This document shows positions 19,763 through 28,580 of a DNA stretch of 64,000 nucleotides, one piece after another. Made by a program: the position numbers and the translations under genes. Within the stretch, counting starts at the first letter, position 1. Each line of letters begins with the position of its first letter. The stretch comes from Lysobacterales bacterium (GTDB lineage: Bacteria; Pseudomonadota; Gammaproteobacteria; Xanthomonadales; SZUA-5), in NCBI GenBank assembly GCA_022844165.1, contig JALHMH010000002.1, positions 128,001 through 192,000 on the forward strand. The letters run 5' to 3'. The notes below the pieces were generated by a model that worked only from the letters and a program-made list of their open reading frames with translations, made no database searches and was not told where the DNA came from.

Positions 19763-20515
19763 CTAGCGGGCCAGCCAACCGCCATCCACCGGCAGCACGG
19801 CGCCGTGCACATAGTCGGCGGCCGACGATGCGAGGAACACCGCTGCGCCACCGAGGTCGCTCGGCTGACCCCAGCGACCCGCTGGAATTCGCGCCAGAAT
19901 ATCGCGGCTGCGCTCGGCGTCTTCGCGCAGTGCCGTGGTGTTGTCGGTCGCAAAATAACCTGGCGCGATGGCGTTGACGTTGATACCGAACTTCGCCCAC
20001 TCATTGGCCAGCAACCGCGTAATGCCGAGCAATCCGGACTTGCTGGCGGTGTATGAGGCGACGCGAATGCCGCCTTGAAAACTGAGCATCGAAACGATGT
20101 TGATGATCTTGCCGGGCGAGTTTTGCGCGCGCCAATAGCGTGCCGCCTGCTGACTCAGGAAAAACGCGCTTTTCAGGTTCACGTCGATGACATCGTCCCA
20201 GTCGCGTTCGGAGAAATCGATGGCGTCGCACCGGCGGATCGTGCCGGCATTGTTGACCAGCACGTCCAGTCGCCCGAGCGTAGCGACGGCGCGTTGGACA
20301 AACTCTGCCGGCATGCCGGCGCCGAGTTCGCCCTCGATCCAAATTGCGCGACAACCAAGCTCGTCAACGGCGGCCACAGTCTCGGCAGGCTCGCGCCGAG
20401 ACAAAATCGCGATGTCCGAGCCGCTTTGCGCCAGCGCGATGGCGATGGCCTGGCCAATGCCTGTGTTCGCGCCGGTGACCAGCGCGACCTTTCCCCTGAG
20501 GTCGAACACGTTCAT
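19763..20515 (-). CDS. kduD: 2-dehydro-3-deoxy-D-gluconate 5-dehydrogenase
   Basis: [35 protein letters not shown]. Confidence 0.96.
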   Translation of the reverse strand: MNVFDLRGKVALVTGANTGIGQAIAIALAQSGSDIAILSRREPAETVAAVDELGCRAIWIEGELGAGMPAEFVQRAVATLGRLDVLVNNAGTIRRCDAIDFSERDWDDVIDVNLKSAFFLSQQAARYWRAQNSPGKIINIVSMLSFQGGIRVASYTASKSGLLGITRLLANEWAKFGINVNAIAPGYFATDNTTALREDAERSRDILARIPAGRWGQPSDLGGAAVFLASSAADYVHGAVLPVDGGWLAR

Positions 20516-21357
20516 CGCAGTTGGCAGATATCGATCTGCCGCAAGTCGGTGTAGTCGAGATTTTCGCCACCCATGGCCCAGATGAACCCATAGTTGCGCG
20601 TGCCTGCGCCCATATGGATCGACCAGGGTGGAGACACCACGGCCTGCTCGTTGGCGAGCGTCAAATGGCGCGTATCGTCCGGTTGTCCCATAAAGTGCAT
20701 GATGCGTTCGCTGTCATCCAGGCCAAAGTAAAAATAGACCTCCGAGCGGCGATCGTGCAGATGGGGTGGCATGGTGTTCCACACACTCCCGGGATCGAGC
20801 AACGTCATTCCCAGCAGCAGCTGGCACGAAGTGCACGTGCTCGGGACGATGTACTGATAGATCGTGCGTTGGTTGCTGCTTTCGAGGCTGCCGCGTTGCA
20901 GCGGTACAGCGGCGGCGATCGACAGGTGCCTGAGCTCGTGCCGCGCATGCGCCGGTGTCGATACCAAATAGAATTTGGCCGGGGACGCGCGATCGACACT
21001 CGAGAAACGCACGTCCTGCGATCCCATCGGAACATAAGCGCCATCGCGCGGCGCCAGTTCGAGTTCTGCACCGTCGACGCTGACGATGCCCTGACCGCCA
21101 ACATTGACGATGCCCAGTTCGCGCCGCTGCAGAAACGGCAGTCCAAGCGCAGAAGCCGGTTCTTGTTGTGTCGGCAGGACCAGCGCTGTATCGACTGGCA
21201 TCGCACCACCCACGACGATCCGCTCGTAGTGCGTGTAGTTCAAACGCACGGCATCCGGGGCAAAAATCGCCTCAATCAGGTAACGATCGCGGAGTTGCTC
21301 ATTGCTCACGCCATGCATCATGTCCGGGTGCGTTGCGTGATATGTCTTGGTGTACAT
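20512..21357 (-). CDS. kduI: 5-keto-4-deoxyuronate isomerase
   Basis: [41 protein letters not shown]. Confidence 0.96.
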   Translation of the reverse strand: MYTKTYHATHPDMMHGVSNEQLRDRYLIEAIFAPDAVRLNYTHYERIVVGGAMPVDTALVLPTQQEPASALGLPFLQRRELGIVNVGGQGIVSVDGAELELAPRDGAYVPMGSQDVRFSSVDRASPAKFYLVSTPAHARHELRHLSIAAAVPLQRGSLESSNQRTIYQYIVPSTCTSCQLLLGMTLLDPGSVWNTMPPHLHDRRSEVYFYFGLDDSERIMHFMGQPDDTRHLTLANEQAVVSPPWSIHMGAGTRNYGFIWAMGGENLDYTDLRQIDICQLR

Positions 21358-21400
21358 TCGTGCGGTTTCTCGAAGATGCGTTGCTCCAGGATAGCAAAAT

Positions 21401-21415
21401 GGTAACCGGTGTCAT
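21401..21415. promoter_or_regulatory. LacI-type operator, copy 4, upstream of kduI
   Basis: GGTAACCGGTGTCAT (ATGACACCGGTTACC on minus strand). Confidence 0.8.
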
Positions 21416-21448
21416 ATCGCGATCAGCCGGTCCGAGAAGCAGACTCAG

Positions 21449-21725
21449 TGTAATGACCTGGCGAGGCTTCCCCTCAGACCGCCGAGCGATGTTGGCTTCG
21501 CCCGACACCGTACTTGCCACAACCCGCGCTTCGCATTTCCGGCCCGGCGGCGCAGCCGGCGGGCGTTCGACTCGGCACACGCCTGCGGCGGGTCCGCGCC
21601 GGTCTTACGCCCTAAACGTAAGGGGCTGCAACAGCCCAAGCCGCTCCGACGAACACTTGACTCAGATGACAAGATCCCGCTCAATCTAAGGACTCTGGCG
21701 ACGCGCAGCCTCGCCGGGTCTGCCA
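21449..21725. mobile_element. Degenerate MITE-like element
   Basis: Imperfect inverted repeats GACCTGGCGAGGCTTC (21455-21470) and GCAGCCTCGCCGGGTC (21705-21720); internal 21-mer at 21538-21558 identical to 52213-52233. Confidence 0.5.
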
Positions 21726-21734
21726 GCCTGCGTA

Positions 21735-22691
21735 TCAGCCGGCATAACCGACCAACGCCAGCGTGAGCAGTTGTTTCATCTCTTCGCGCAAGGAAACCGG
21801 CGTGATCACTTCGGCATCCGGGCCATAGCGCAACACATCCATCAGCAGTTCGCGCGCATTTCCGAAAGGCACCTGGAGTTCGAATCGGCCATCCGGCAAG
21901 AACCGCGACTTCTGTTGTGCGTGCCAGCGTTCATCGGCCACCCAACGCGCTGCGTGAGCGGAAAAGCGGATGGTTGCCCAGGCGCGGGCGGGTCCGGAAA
22001 AGATGCCGTAACTTTGCGCAAAATGCGCATCGAGTTCGGCGTCAGGCCAGTCTTCCGCAATGGGCCCTAAGTTCGGTGCAGCGATGCGATCCAGCGCAAA
22101 GCTACGCAGTTGGCGACGATCGTGATCCAGCGCGTCGAGATACCAGTTGTCGCGGTAATGCGTCAGGCGTTGCGGTGAGGTATTGCGCATACTGCCGTCG
22201 CCTGTGGAGCGGGCGCGGTATTGAAAACTCAGGCGTTTGCGTTCCAGCACGGCACCGATCACTGTGCGAAACACCGTGTTGTCGAGTTTGCGGCTGCCCT
22301 GACGCAAGACTCGAACACGCGCCAGATGGTCGACACTGGTACCGACGATCGCGCGCAGGCGCGGTCCCAGATCGCCCAATGCGTCGGCCAGCGCGCCGTC
22401 CGACTGGGTGTTAAGCGCCTGGCGTGCGACCAGTAGCGCGTACACTTCTTCGGGCGACAGCCACACGCCCGGCAGCTCGAAATCGTGCGTCGGATCGGGC
22501 ACGTATTTGAAGCGATGGGTGTCGTTGTCGCTTTCGATCGGCGCGCCGAGCGCATCGCGCAAAAACGCAATGTCGCGGTAGACCGTGGCGCGCGACGCTT
22601 CGATGTCGTCCATCAACTTGTCGACGCTGACACCGGTTCTGTTGAGTTTCAACAGCCGGTGCAGGCGAACGATTCGCTCGTAGCGGTCCAT
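21735..22691 (-). CDS. WYL-domain transcriptional regulator (YafY/DriD-like HTH-WYL-WCX)
   Basis: SRATVYRDIAFLRD HTH; SPQRLTHYRDNWYLDA; RSFALDRI; VLRYGPDAEVITP. Confidence 0.95.
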   Translation of the reverse strand: MDRYERIVRLHRLLKLNRTGVSVDKLMDDIEASRATVYRDIAFLRDALGAPIESDNDTHRFKYVPDPTHDFELPGVWLSPEEVYALLVARQALNTQSDGALADALGDLGPRLRAIVGTSVDHLARVRVLRQGSRKLDNTVFRTVIGAVLERKRLSFQYRARSTGDGSMRNTSPQRLTHYRDNWYLDALDHDRRQLRSFALDRIAAPNLGPIAEDWPDAELDAHFAQSYGIFSGPARAWATIRFSAHAARWVADERWHAQQKSRFLPDGRFELQVPFGNARELLMDVLRYGPDAEVITPVSLREEMKQLLTLALVGYAG

Positions 22692-22777
22692 AGGTTATCC
22701 AGTGTTGTCGAAAAATGCCTGGCCGCGCCCTGTTGACACATGACTGTGCCGACCGACCCGACGATGATCTTGCGCAA

Positions 22778-24085
22778 TCATCCATCGCTGCGGACTTTGG
22801 GCCGGTCGCCTTGCTCGCCCAAAGACCGCCGCACCAGCGCTCGCGACTCGCGCTGCGCGGCGTGCGTGAGTTCACGCAAACGCTGGCAGCGCGCCATTGC
22901 TTTATCCACATCCGTACGCATGGCGACTTCCAGCGTGTCCGCCAGCATATGGATATTCGTCAGCAGTTGCGTCAAGGTCGTTTCCACATCCTTGGCGATA
23001 TCTTCGCGAACTTGCAACGTCGATCCGGACCTGGCCCTGGAGACGCGCTCAGCGGCCTCGAGTGCGAGCGCCAGCGAATGCGCAACAGCTTCGATCGTGG
23101 TGACATCGAGTGGCGAGAAACGTCGTGGTCCCTCCACGTTGATGACCGCGACCGGCATGCCGTCGACCAGCACCGGCACGGCAAGCTCCGCCTGCGGCGG
23201 ATCCACACCCGGTGGGTTAATGTAGCGCGAATCGCCAGCGACATCGTTCACGCACTGCGTGCGTCGTTCACTGGCTGCGGCCCCCATGATGCCGTGACCG
23301 ATCGGCACTTTGTCGACCTGGCGGATCAGGTGTTTGTAGTGACCGCCGCGAACCCGTATCGTCAGATGCGCCGGGTCGTCGCGATCGATCGTCGGGATGT
23401 CCACGGCCGGGTACCCGAGTAGCGTATGGATTGCATCGGCGGTGCGCTGCAGAAGCACTTGCTGATCGGCGTCGCTGCCGACGAGCTGTGCAGCTTGAGC
23501 GATCAGTTCGAACCGTGCGCTGCGATGCCGATCTCGGGCGCGGTTCTCGGCGGAATCGAGGTGTTGCCCAAGCGAGCTTGCAGCCATCCGCAACAACAGG
23601 ATTTCAGTTTCCGGAGACGTGAGCGCCGGCAGCCAGAACAGCGCAACCCCAAGTGTGCGACCATTCCACACCAACGGCAGTCCGACCGACAGTGTGTCGC
23701 GCAACGCCACAGGCGTTGTGGGATCGACCTCGACCGCGGCGCCCAAAACAAGATCGCGATCGCGAAGCGCTTGCGCAGCGATGCCCTGGTGCGGCCAAAC
23801 GGCGCCCTGTTCCGTCGCAACCGGCCCCATGAAGGCGCCTACGTGCAACTCACGAGCGCCAAGCAACACCAGCGCAGCGCGCGAACGGCTCGCCTCGGAA
23901 AGCCCATACACCCAGTGTTTGAGCTGAGCTTCGATGCCCTCTGCCGCGAACGCCGACTCCGCAAGTCGCTGCAGCCGATCGCAAAGCGCCAACTGTCGCG
24001 CCAGTCCCGAAGCCTGCAACAAGGGGTAGCCCGGGATGATCCGCGAGCGAACCTTGTTGAGCGAACGATCGGATGGCCCCGTCAT
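22778..24085 (-). CDS. Tandem-GAF protein with a degenerate HisKA_3-like helix pair and no ATPase domain
   Basis: GIAAQAL..LPLVWNGRTLGV; GHGIMGAAA..NDVAGDSRY..ELAVPV; then REDIAKDVETTLTQLL and a stop about 60 aa later. Confidence 0.85.
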   Translation of the reverse strand: MTGPSDRSLNKVRSRIIPGYPLLQASGLARQLALCDRLQRLAESAFAAEGIEAQLKHWVYGLSEASRSRAALVLLGARELHVGAFMGPVATEQGAVWPHQGIAAQALRDRDLVLGAAVEVDPTTPVALRDTLSVGLPLVWNGRTLGVALFWLPALTSPETEILLLRMAASSLGQHLDSAENRARDRHRSARFELIAQAAQLVGSDADQQVLLQRTADAIHTLLGYPAVDIPTIDRDDPAHLTIRVRGGHYKHLIRQVDKVPIGHGIMGAAASERRTQCVNDVAGDSRYINPPGVDPPQAELAVPVLVDGMPVAVINVEGPRRFSPLDVTTIEAVAHSLALALEAAERVSRARSGSTLQVREDIAKDVETTLTQLLTNIHMLADTLEVAMRTDVDKAMARCQRLRELTHAAQRESRALVRRSLGEQGDRPKVRSDG

Positions 24086-24216
24086 AGCGCACCGAATGAT
24101 GGTTTCGTGAAGACAATGATACGGCGCATGCGGGTTTGCATGCAGCCGCGCACAGATCCGAAGACGATTGGGTCTGGCGAGGCGTCGCCTCGTTGCCGTC
24201 TCGCCTTGGGCCTTCT

Positions 24217-25560
24217 TCAGAACGTCACCGAGACCTTCAAGCCACCCTGCAGACCGTTCTGCAGCACCATCTGTGCACCATGCGCATCTGCGATGCGTTT
24301 GGCGATGGATAGTCCCAAGCCTGTTCCTGGTGTTGCCTCGTTTTCGCGGTGATATCGATCCAGGACCCGGTGCAGAGCCGCACTTTCCAGGCCTGCGCCG
24401 CCGTCCAGGACCGAAAGCGTCGCAACAGGCGCAGGCACGACGTCGACGGTGACTTCACCGCCGCCGTGACGCAGCGCGTTGTCGACCAGATTGCGGATGA
24501 GCGCACCCAGAAGCACCGGATGCCCGCGGACCAGGGTTCGCTGAGCGCGCAGGGTGAATTCGCGTCCTTCACGCAGCGCTGCCGGCGCAAGTTCGGCAAT
24601 CACGTCTTGCGCAAGCTGGGCCAGATCGACAACGCTGGGTTCCTCCAGTCGCTCCATCCGGGTCAGGTCCAACAGCTGTTCGATCAATCGTTCGCATCGA
24701 TCGAAGCCCCGCAGCAAGCGCTCATAGTCGCCGAGCATGTCGGCGCCGTCGACGTACCGCTGCAGATTCTGGGCGTGGATTTTGAGTGCACTGATCGGGG
24801 TACGCAGTTCGTGAGCGGCATCGGCGGCGAAACGACGCTCGCGCTCGATCAGCGTATCGACGCGTTGCAATAGCCGGTTCATCGCCTGCACCAGGCCGAC
24901 CACCTCCTGAGGCACCTGATCGGAGGGAAACGGATCAAGCCGATCGGCGGGCCGCGTTTCGATGTTGGCCGCCAGCGTTCGCAGGCTACGCGCGCTGCGA
25001 TTGACGATCAGAACGATCAAACAGGTGAGCAAAGGCAGTGACAGCAGCAGTGGCATCAGTGCACTGGCCGCGGTTTCGGCGGCCAGCTCCCGACGAATAT
25101 CGGCGCGTTCGGCCGCGACGAAGTAACGTCCGTCTTCGATCAAAGTAAAGACACGCCAGACTTCCGTACCCACGCCGACGTCTGCGAAGCCGGCGGCCAA
25201 CGGCGCCAAAGGGTGTTCAGGCGCATTTCCCGTGCGCAGCAGCATCGTGCCATCGGCTGCGATCGCCTGGAAGGCAACTTTGCTCTCGTAAACATGACCC
25301 TGCGAGGTCGCCAGATCGGTATCGCGACCCGGCAAGTTCACCATCAGCCCGTTGACGGCAAGATTCGGCGGCACATCGCCTTCGTCGAGGTGGCTCTCGA
25401 CCAAAGCGGCAAGGATGCGGACGGACTGCGCAAGTTTGGCATCGAATAGTTCGTTGGCCTCGATCAAGCTGTTGCGATAACTCGCAAGACTGGTCGCCAA
25501 CTCGGCCGCGAAAACGGCCGGCAGCAAGCTCCACAGCAACATTTGGCGCAGCGACCTCAT
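24217..25560 (-). CDS. QseC/PmrB-type sensor histidine kinase
   Basis: ELFDAKLAQS, two TMs, FAADAAHELRTP, NLVDNALRH, GTGLGLSIA. Confidence 0.95.
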   Translation of the reverse strand: MRSLRQMLLWSLLPAVFAAELATSLASYRNSLIEANELFDAKLAQSVRILAALVESHLDEGDVPPNLAVNGLMVNLPGRDTDLATSQGHVYESKVAFQAIAADGTMLLRTGNAPEHPLAPLAAGFADVGVGTEVWRVFTLIEDGRYFVAAERADIRRELAAETAASALMPLLLSLPLLTCLIVLIVNRSARSLRTLAANIETRPADRLDPFPSDQVPQEVVGLVQAMNRLLQRVDTLIERERRFAADAAHELRTPISALKIHAQNLQRYVDGADMLGDYERLLRGFDRCERLIEQLLDLTRMERLEEPSVVDLAQLAQDVIAELAPAALREGREFTLRAQRTLVRGHPVLLGALIRNLVDNALRHGGGEVTVDVVPAPVATLSVLDGGAGLESAALHRVLDRYHRENEATPGTGLGLSIAKRIADAHGAQMVLQNGLQGGLKVSVTF

Positions 25561-25699
25561 GATCCGATCGGTTGTCGTGAAATTGTGTCGATTCGGATGT
25601 TGCTCGCACGCCGATGTTCGGGGCGGGTTGGGGTGTGGTCAGGAACGGGGATTTCCGCAACGATCATGGCAGCACAACTGTCATTCTTGCGGATGGTTT

Positions 25700-26368
25700 T
25701 CAGCATGATGGTTGAGCGGGCACCATGTATCCCACGCCGCGCACGGTGCGAATCAGTTCTGGCCAGAGTTTCTTGCGTAACGCATGGATGTGAACCTCGA
25801 GCACGTTGCTATCGACCTCTTCATTCCAGCCGTAGACGTGCTGAGTCGCAGCGCTGCGAGTCGCCACCCGCCCGGCTTGATCGATCAAGAACGACAACAG
25901 CGTGAATTCTCGACGCGTCAGGTCTACCGGCTGCCCACGCAGCTGCAACTCCCTTGAGGCCGGCAGCAGACGCAATTCGCCATACTCGACGACCTGCTGC
26001 ACATGGCCGCATGCGCGTCGGTGCAGCGCCCGAAGCCGCGCCAGGAGTTCTTCGCGATCGAAGGGTTTTACAAGGTAGTCGTCGGCGCCAAGGTCCAGTG
26101 CCTTGACGCGTTCTTTGGCGCCATCGCGCGCCGTCAGAATCATCACCGGTGATGCGATCCTGGCGGCACGCATCTGCGTCAGAACATCCAGGCCATCGCG
26201 CTGCGGCAAACCCAGGTCGAGTAACACGACATCGAACGCCTCGCCACGGACCGCACGCCACGCGGACTGACCGTCGCGCACCCAGTCGACAACATGGTCC
26301 GCACGCCGCAGCGCGGTGCACAGGCCCTCGCCCAGCAAGACATCATCTTCGACGACCAGAATGCGCAT
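25700..26368 (-). CDS. QseB/PmrA-type OmpR-family response regulator
   Basis: MRILVVEDD, LLDLGLP, GADDYLVKPF, SNVLEVHIHALRKKL, TVRGVGY. Confidence 0.96.
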   Translation of the reverse strand: MRILVVEDDVLLGEGLCTALRRADHVVDWVRDGQSAWRAVRGEAFDVVLLDLGLPQRDGLDVLTQMRAARIASPVMILTARDGAKERVKALDLGADDYLVKPFDREELLARLRALHRRACGHVQQVVEYGELRLLPASRELQLRGQPVDLTRREFTLLSFLIDQAGRVATRSAATQHVYGWNEEVDSNVLEVHIHALRKKLWPELIRTVRGVGYMVPAQPSC

Positions 26369-26473
26369 ATTCACGGCGACAACGGGCATTGTGTGCCCGT
26401 CTCGCTCCTGCTTTCCATGACGGTTGGTGGGTCATTCTCGCCGATCTGACGTTGCCAGGCGGCAGGAATTTTT

Positions 26474-27106
26474 TTAACTCAGTTCGGCCCGTGCGACCTC
26501 CAGTTTGGCCTGGATTTCTTTTTGTCGCCCGGCGTCGGCGGACGCTCGTTGTTCGCGCGGTTGCGCTTCTGCCGCATGCTCCAGCACTTTCACAGCCTCG
26601 CGATAGCGGCCCTGTTCGATCAGGAAGTCGCCCCAGAAGTAATTGGCGTCGATACCATCTGGCGCGATCGCGAGGCCCTTTTGTAACAGCTCGGCAGCTT
26701 TCTCGTCGTCGCCGAACCCAAGCGGCCATCCGGGGACCTGATAGTACAAGCTGCCCAGGCTGGTGTAGGCCGATCCGTCCAGAGCGCGCTCATCGATCCG
26801 CAACGCGGCTTCGAAGTCGGCTTTCGCCTTTTTGCACAAACCCAGGGCACCCAGGCCGCCTTTGGCACCCGCCCACGTCGAATAGACGATGCCCTCCCAG
26901 ATCAAAGGTTCGGCGCGATCTGGATAACGCTCGCGCAATTGTGCAGCCAGAGTTTGCAGCTTCTCGAACGCTTTTGCCCGTTGCGTGGCAGGCATCTGGT
27001 ACTGGATCGTGGCCCACTGAGATTGCACTGTGAGCAGTTCGTCGGAGAGTTCGGCGTGCGCCTGGACGGCAAAGATCAAACCAAAGGCCAGACTGAGAAT
27101 TTTCAT
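26474..27106 (-). CDS. Exported TPR-like helical protein
   Basis: Signal MKILSLAFGLIFAVQAHA; AGAKGGLGAL; GSAYTSLGSLYYQVPGWPLGFGD. Confidence 0.88.
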   Translation of the reverse strand: MKILSLAFGLIFAVQAHAELSDELLTVQSQWATIQYQMPATQRAKAFEKLQTLAAQLRERYPDRAEPLIWEGIVYSTWAGAKGGLGALGLCKKAKADFEAALRIDERALDGSAYTSLGSLYYQVPGWPLGFGDDEKAAELLQKGLAIAPDGIDANYFWGDFLIEQGRYREAVKVLEHAAEAQPREQRASADAGRQKEIQAKLEVARAELS

Positions 27107-27906
27107 GGTGCGACTCCTGAAGAAATCGTGGCGAACTTCATAATGGTTTCGTGTTTACCGGCGAGTGCCCGATCAACGATGCTCGGGAGCACCGCATTGA
27201 CGCGAACGAGAATTCTCTCGGGCAAGCCGATCTGGAGACGGCGCGCATTTCGTCTGAGCGCTTCGATGACCGCGGCCGCGACGGTTTCCGGGGCGTCCTC
27301 GGTAACCCGCAGGGCCGCGTTCATCGCACGTGCTGCACCGTTGTTCATGGATGTTCGAGTGGCTCGCGGTGCAACGTGAAGTACGCGCGGCCCATGTCGA
27401 CCGAGCTCGCGAGACAGCGCCTCTGCGAAGGCGTACAAACCGGCTTTGGTTGCGCCGTAAGCCGCAAAGCCGGGATGGCCGATACGGCCCAGGGTTGATC
27501 CGATCAGGACCAAAGCGCTGTCCGCCTGGTCTTGCAGGCCTGGCAGCAATGCGCGGGTAAGCAACACCGGCGAAAGCAGGTCCGTTGCAATAAGCCGCTC
27601 GATATCCTCCGCGCGCATATCGACGAAGCGGCCGAAGTGCCCGCTCGCCGCATTCAACACGACGGCGTTCGGTCGGTGCGTCGAGGCGAATCTTAGCAAT
27701 TCGTCGCGTCCGGCAGATGTCGCCAGATCCGCCAGAACAGCCGGCGTACCAGCGGGCAAGCGGTGCAAACTCGCTTGCAGACGCAATTCATCGCGACCAT
27801 GCACCAGTACTTTGGCCCCTGCGACAACGAAAGCCTGCGCCAAGGCGCTGCCTATGCCGCCGCTCGCGCCGGTAATCAGGATGGTTTTGTCCTTGAGATT
27901 CATCAT
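27103..27906 (-). CDS. Short-chain dehydrogenase/reductase
   Basis: TGASGGIG; catalytic YGATK. Confidence 0.93.
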   Translation of the reverse strand: MMNLKDKTILITGASGGIGSALAQAFVVAGAKVLVHGRDELRLQASLHRLPAGTPAVLADLATSAGRDELLRFASTHRPNAVVLNAASGHFGRFVDMRAEDIERLIATDLLSPVLLTRALLPGLQDQADSALVLIGSTLGRIGHPGFAAYGATKAGLYAFAEALSRELGRHGPRVLHVAPRATRTSMNNGAARAMNAALRVTEDAPETVAAAVIEALRRNARRLQIGLPERILVRVNAVLPSIVDRALAGKHETIMKFATISSGVAP

Positions 27907-28580
27907 GCGGCCCTGGCAAGGGACAGGGCCGTGGCCGGGCGGAGCGCGCGGAAGATCGCGGCATACAGCCGATAGAACATTCGCGCCGCGTGGATCACCG
28001 CCTGTCGATCGGCGGGATCTTCCAGGCGATCCATAAGGCCGGCGAAGAACCCCACGTGCTGTTGATCGAGTTGACCGTGCGAGCCCAGATAGCGGAAGGC
28101 GCTCTGAGGTAACCCCAGGCCACGCTGCAGGCTCTGAGCTGCCTGCGTGGCCAGAGTCACGCTGGTACCCTCGAGGACCAGCACCATGCCAAAAAAGCTC
28201 ACTGGATTGCCACGTGCGATGCCATCGTAGGCGTAGGCCACCATAAGTTCGGTTTCCGGGAGCGGCGTACCAGTGGCCACTTTGTCGGCATCGCCACCTG
28301 CGGTTCGGATATCGTCCAGGATCCAGCGTTCATGGCCCAGTTCCTCTTCGATGTACTCAGCCACTGCGTCGCGCAACCAATCCAGGCGTGGCGGCAGCCT
28401 TGCGCCGCAGGCCATCAAGAGCGGCACTGTGTGCGAGACGTGATGGTAAGCCTGGGTCAGGAAATCGCGATACTCCTCCGAAGTCACGTGGCCGACGGTG
28501 GCATCGTGCAATATCGGCAGGCTCAATAACGCGTTGCGGTCGCTGGCAGTTGCGGCCAGCAGGGTTTCGTAAAAGCTCAT
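27903..28580 (-). CDS. Heme-oxygenase-like diiron redox enzyme (TenA/PqqC/CADD fold)
   Basis: QAYHHV, EYIEEELGHE, VLEGTS, HGQLDQQH (H-x3-D-x2-H). Confidence 0.9.
   Translation of the reverse strand: MSFYETLLAATASDRNALLSLPILHDATVGHVTSEEYRDFLTQAYHHVSHTVPLLMACGARLPPRLDWLRDAVAEYIEEELGHERWILDDIRTAGGDADKVATGTPLPETELMVAYAYDGIARGNPVSFFGMVLVLEGTSVTLATQAAQSLQRGLGLPQSAFRYLGSHGQLDQQHVGFFAGLMDRLEDPADRQAVIHAARMFYRLYAAIFRALRPATALSLARAA

Noticed and set aside
22730-22752. GACACA-TGAC-TGTGCC as a WYL operator
   Set aside because: Short, imperfect and single copy.
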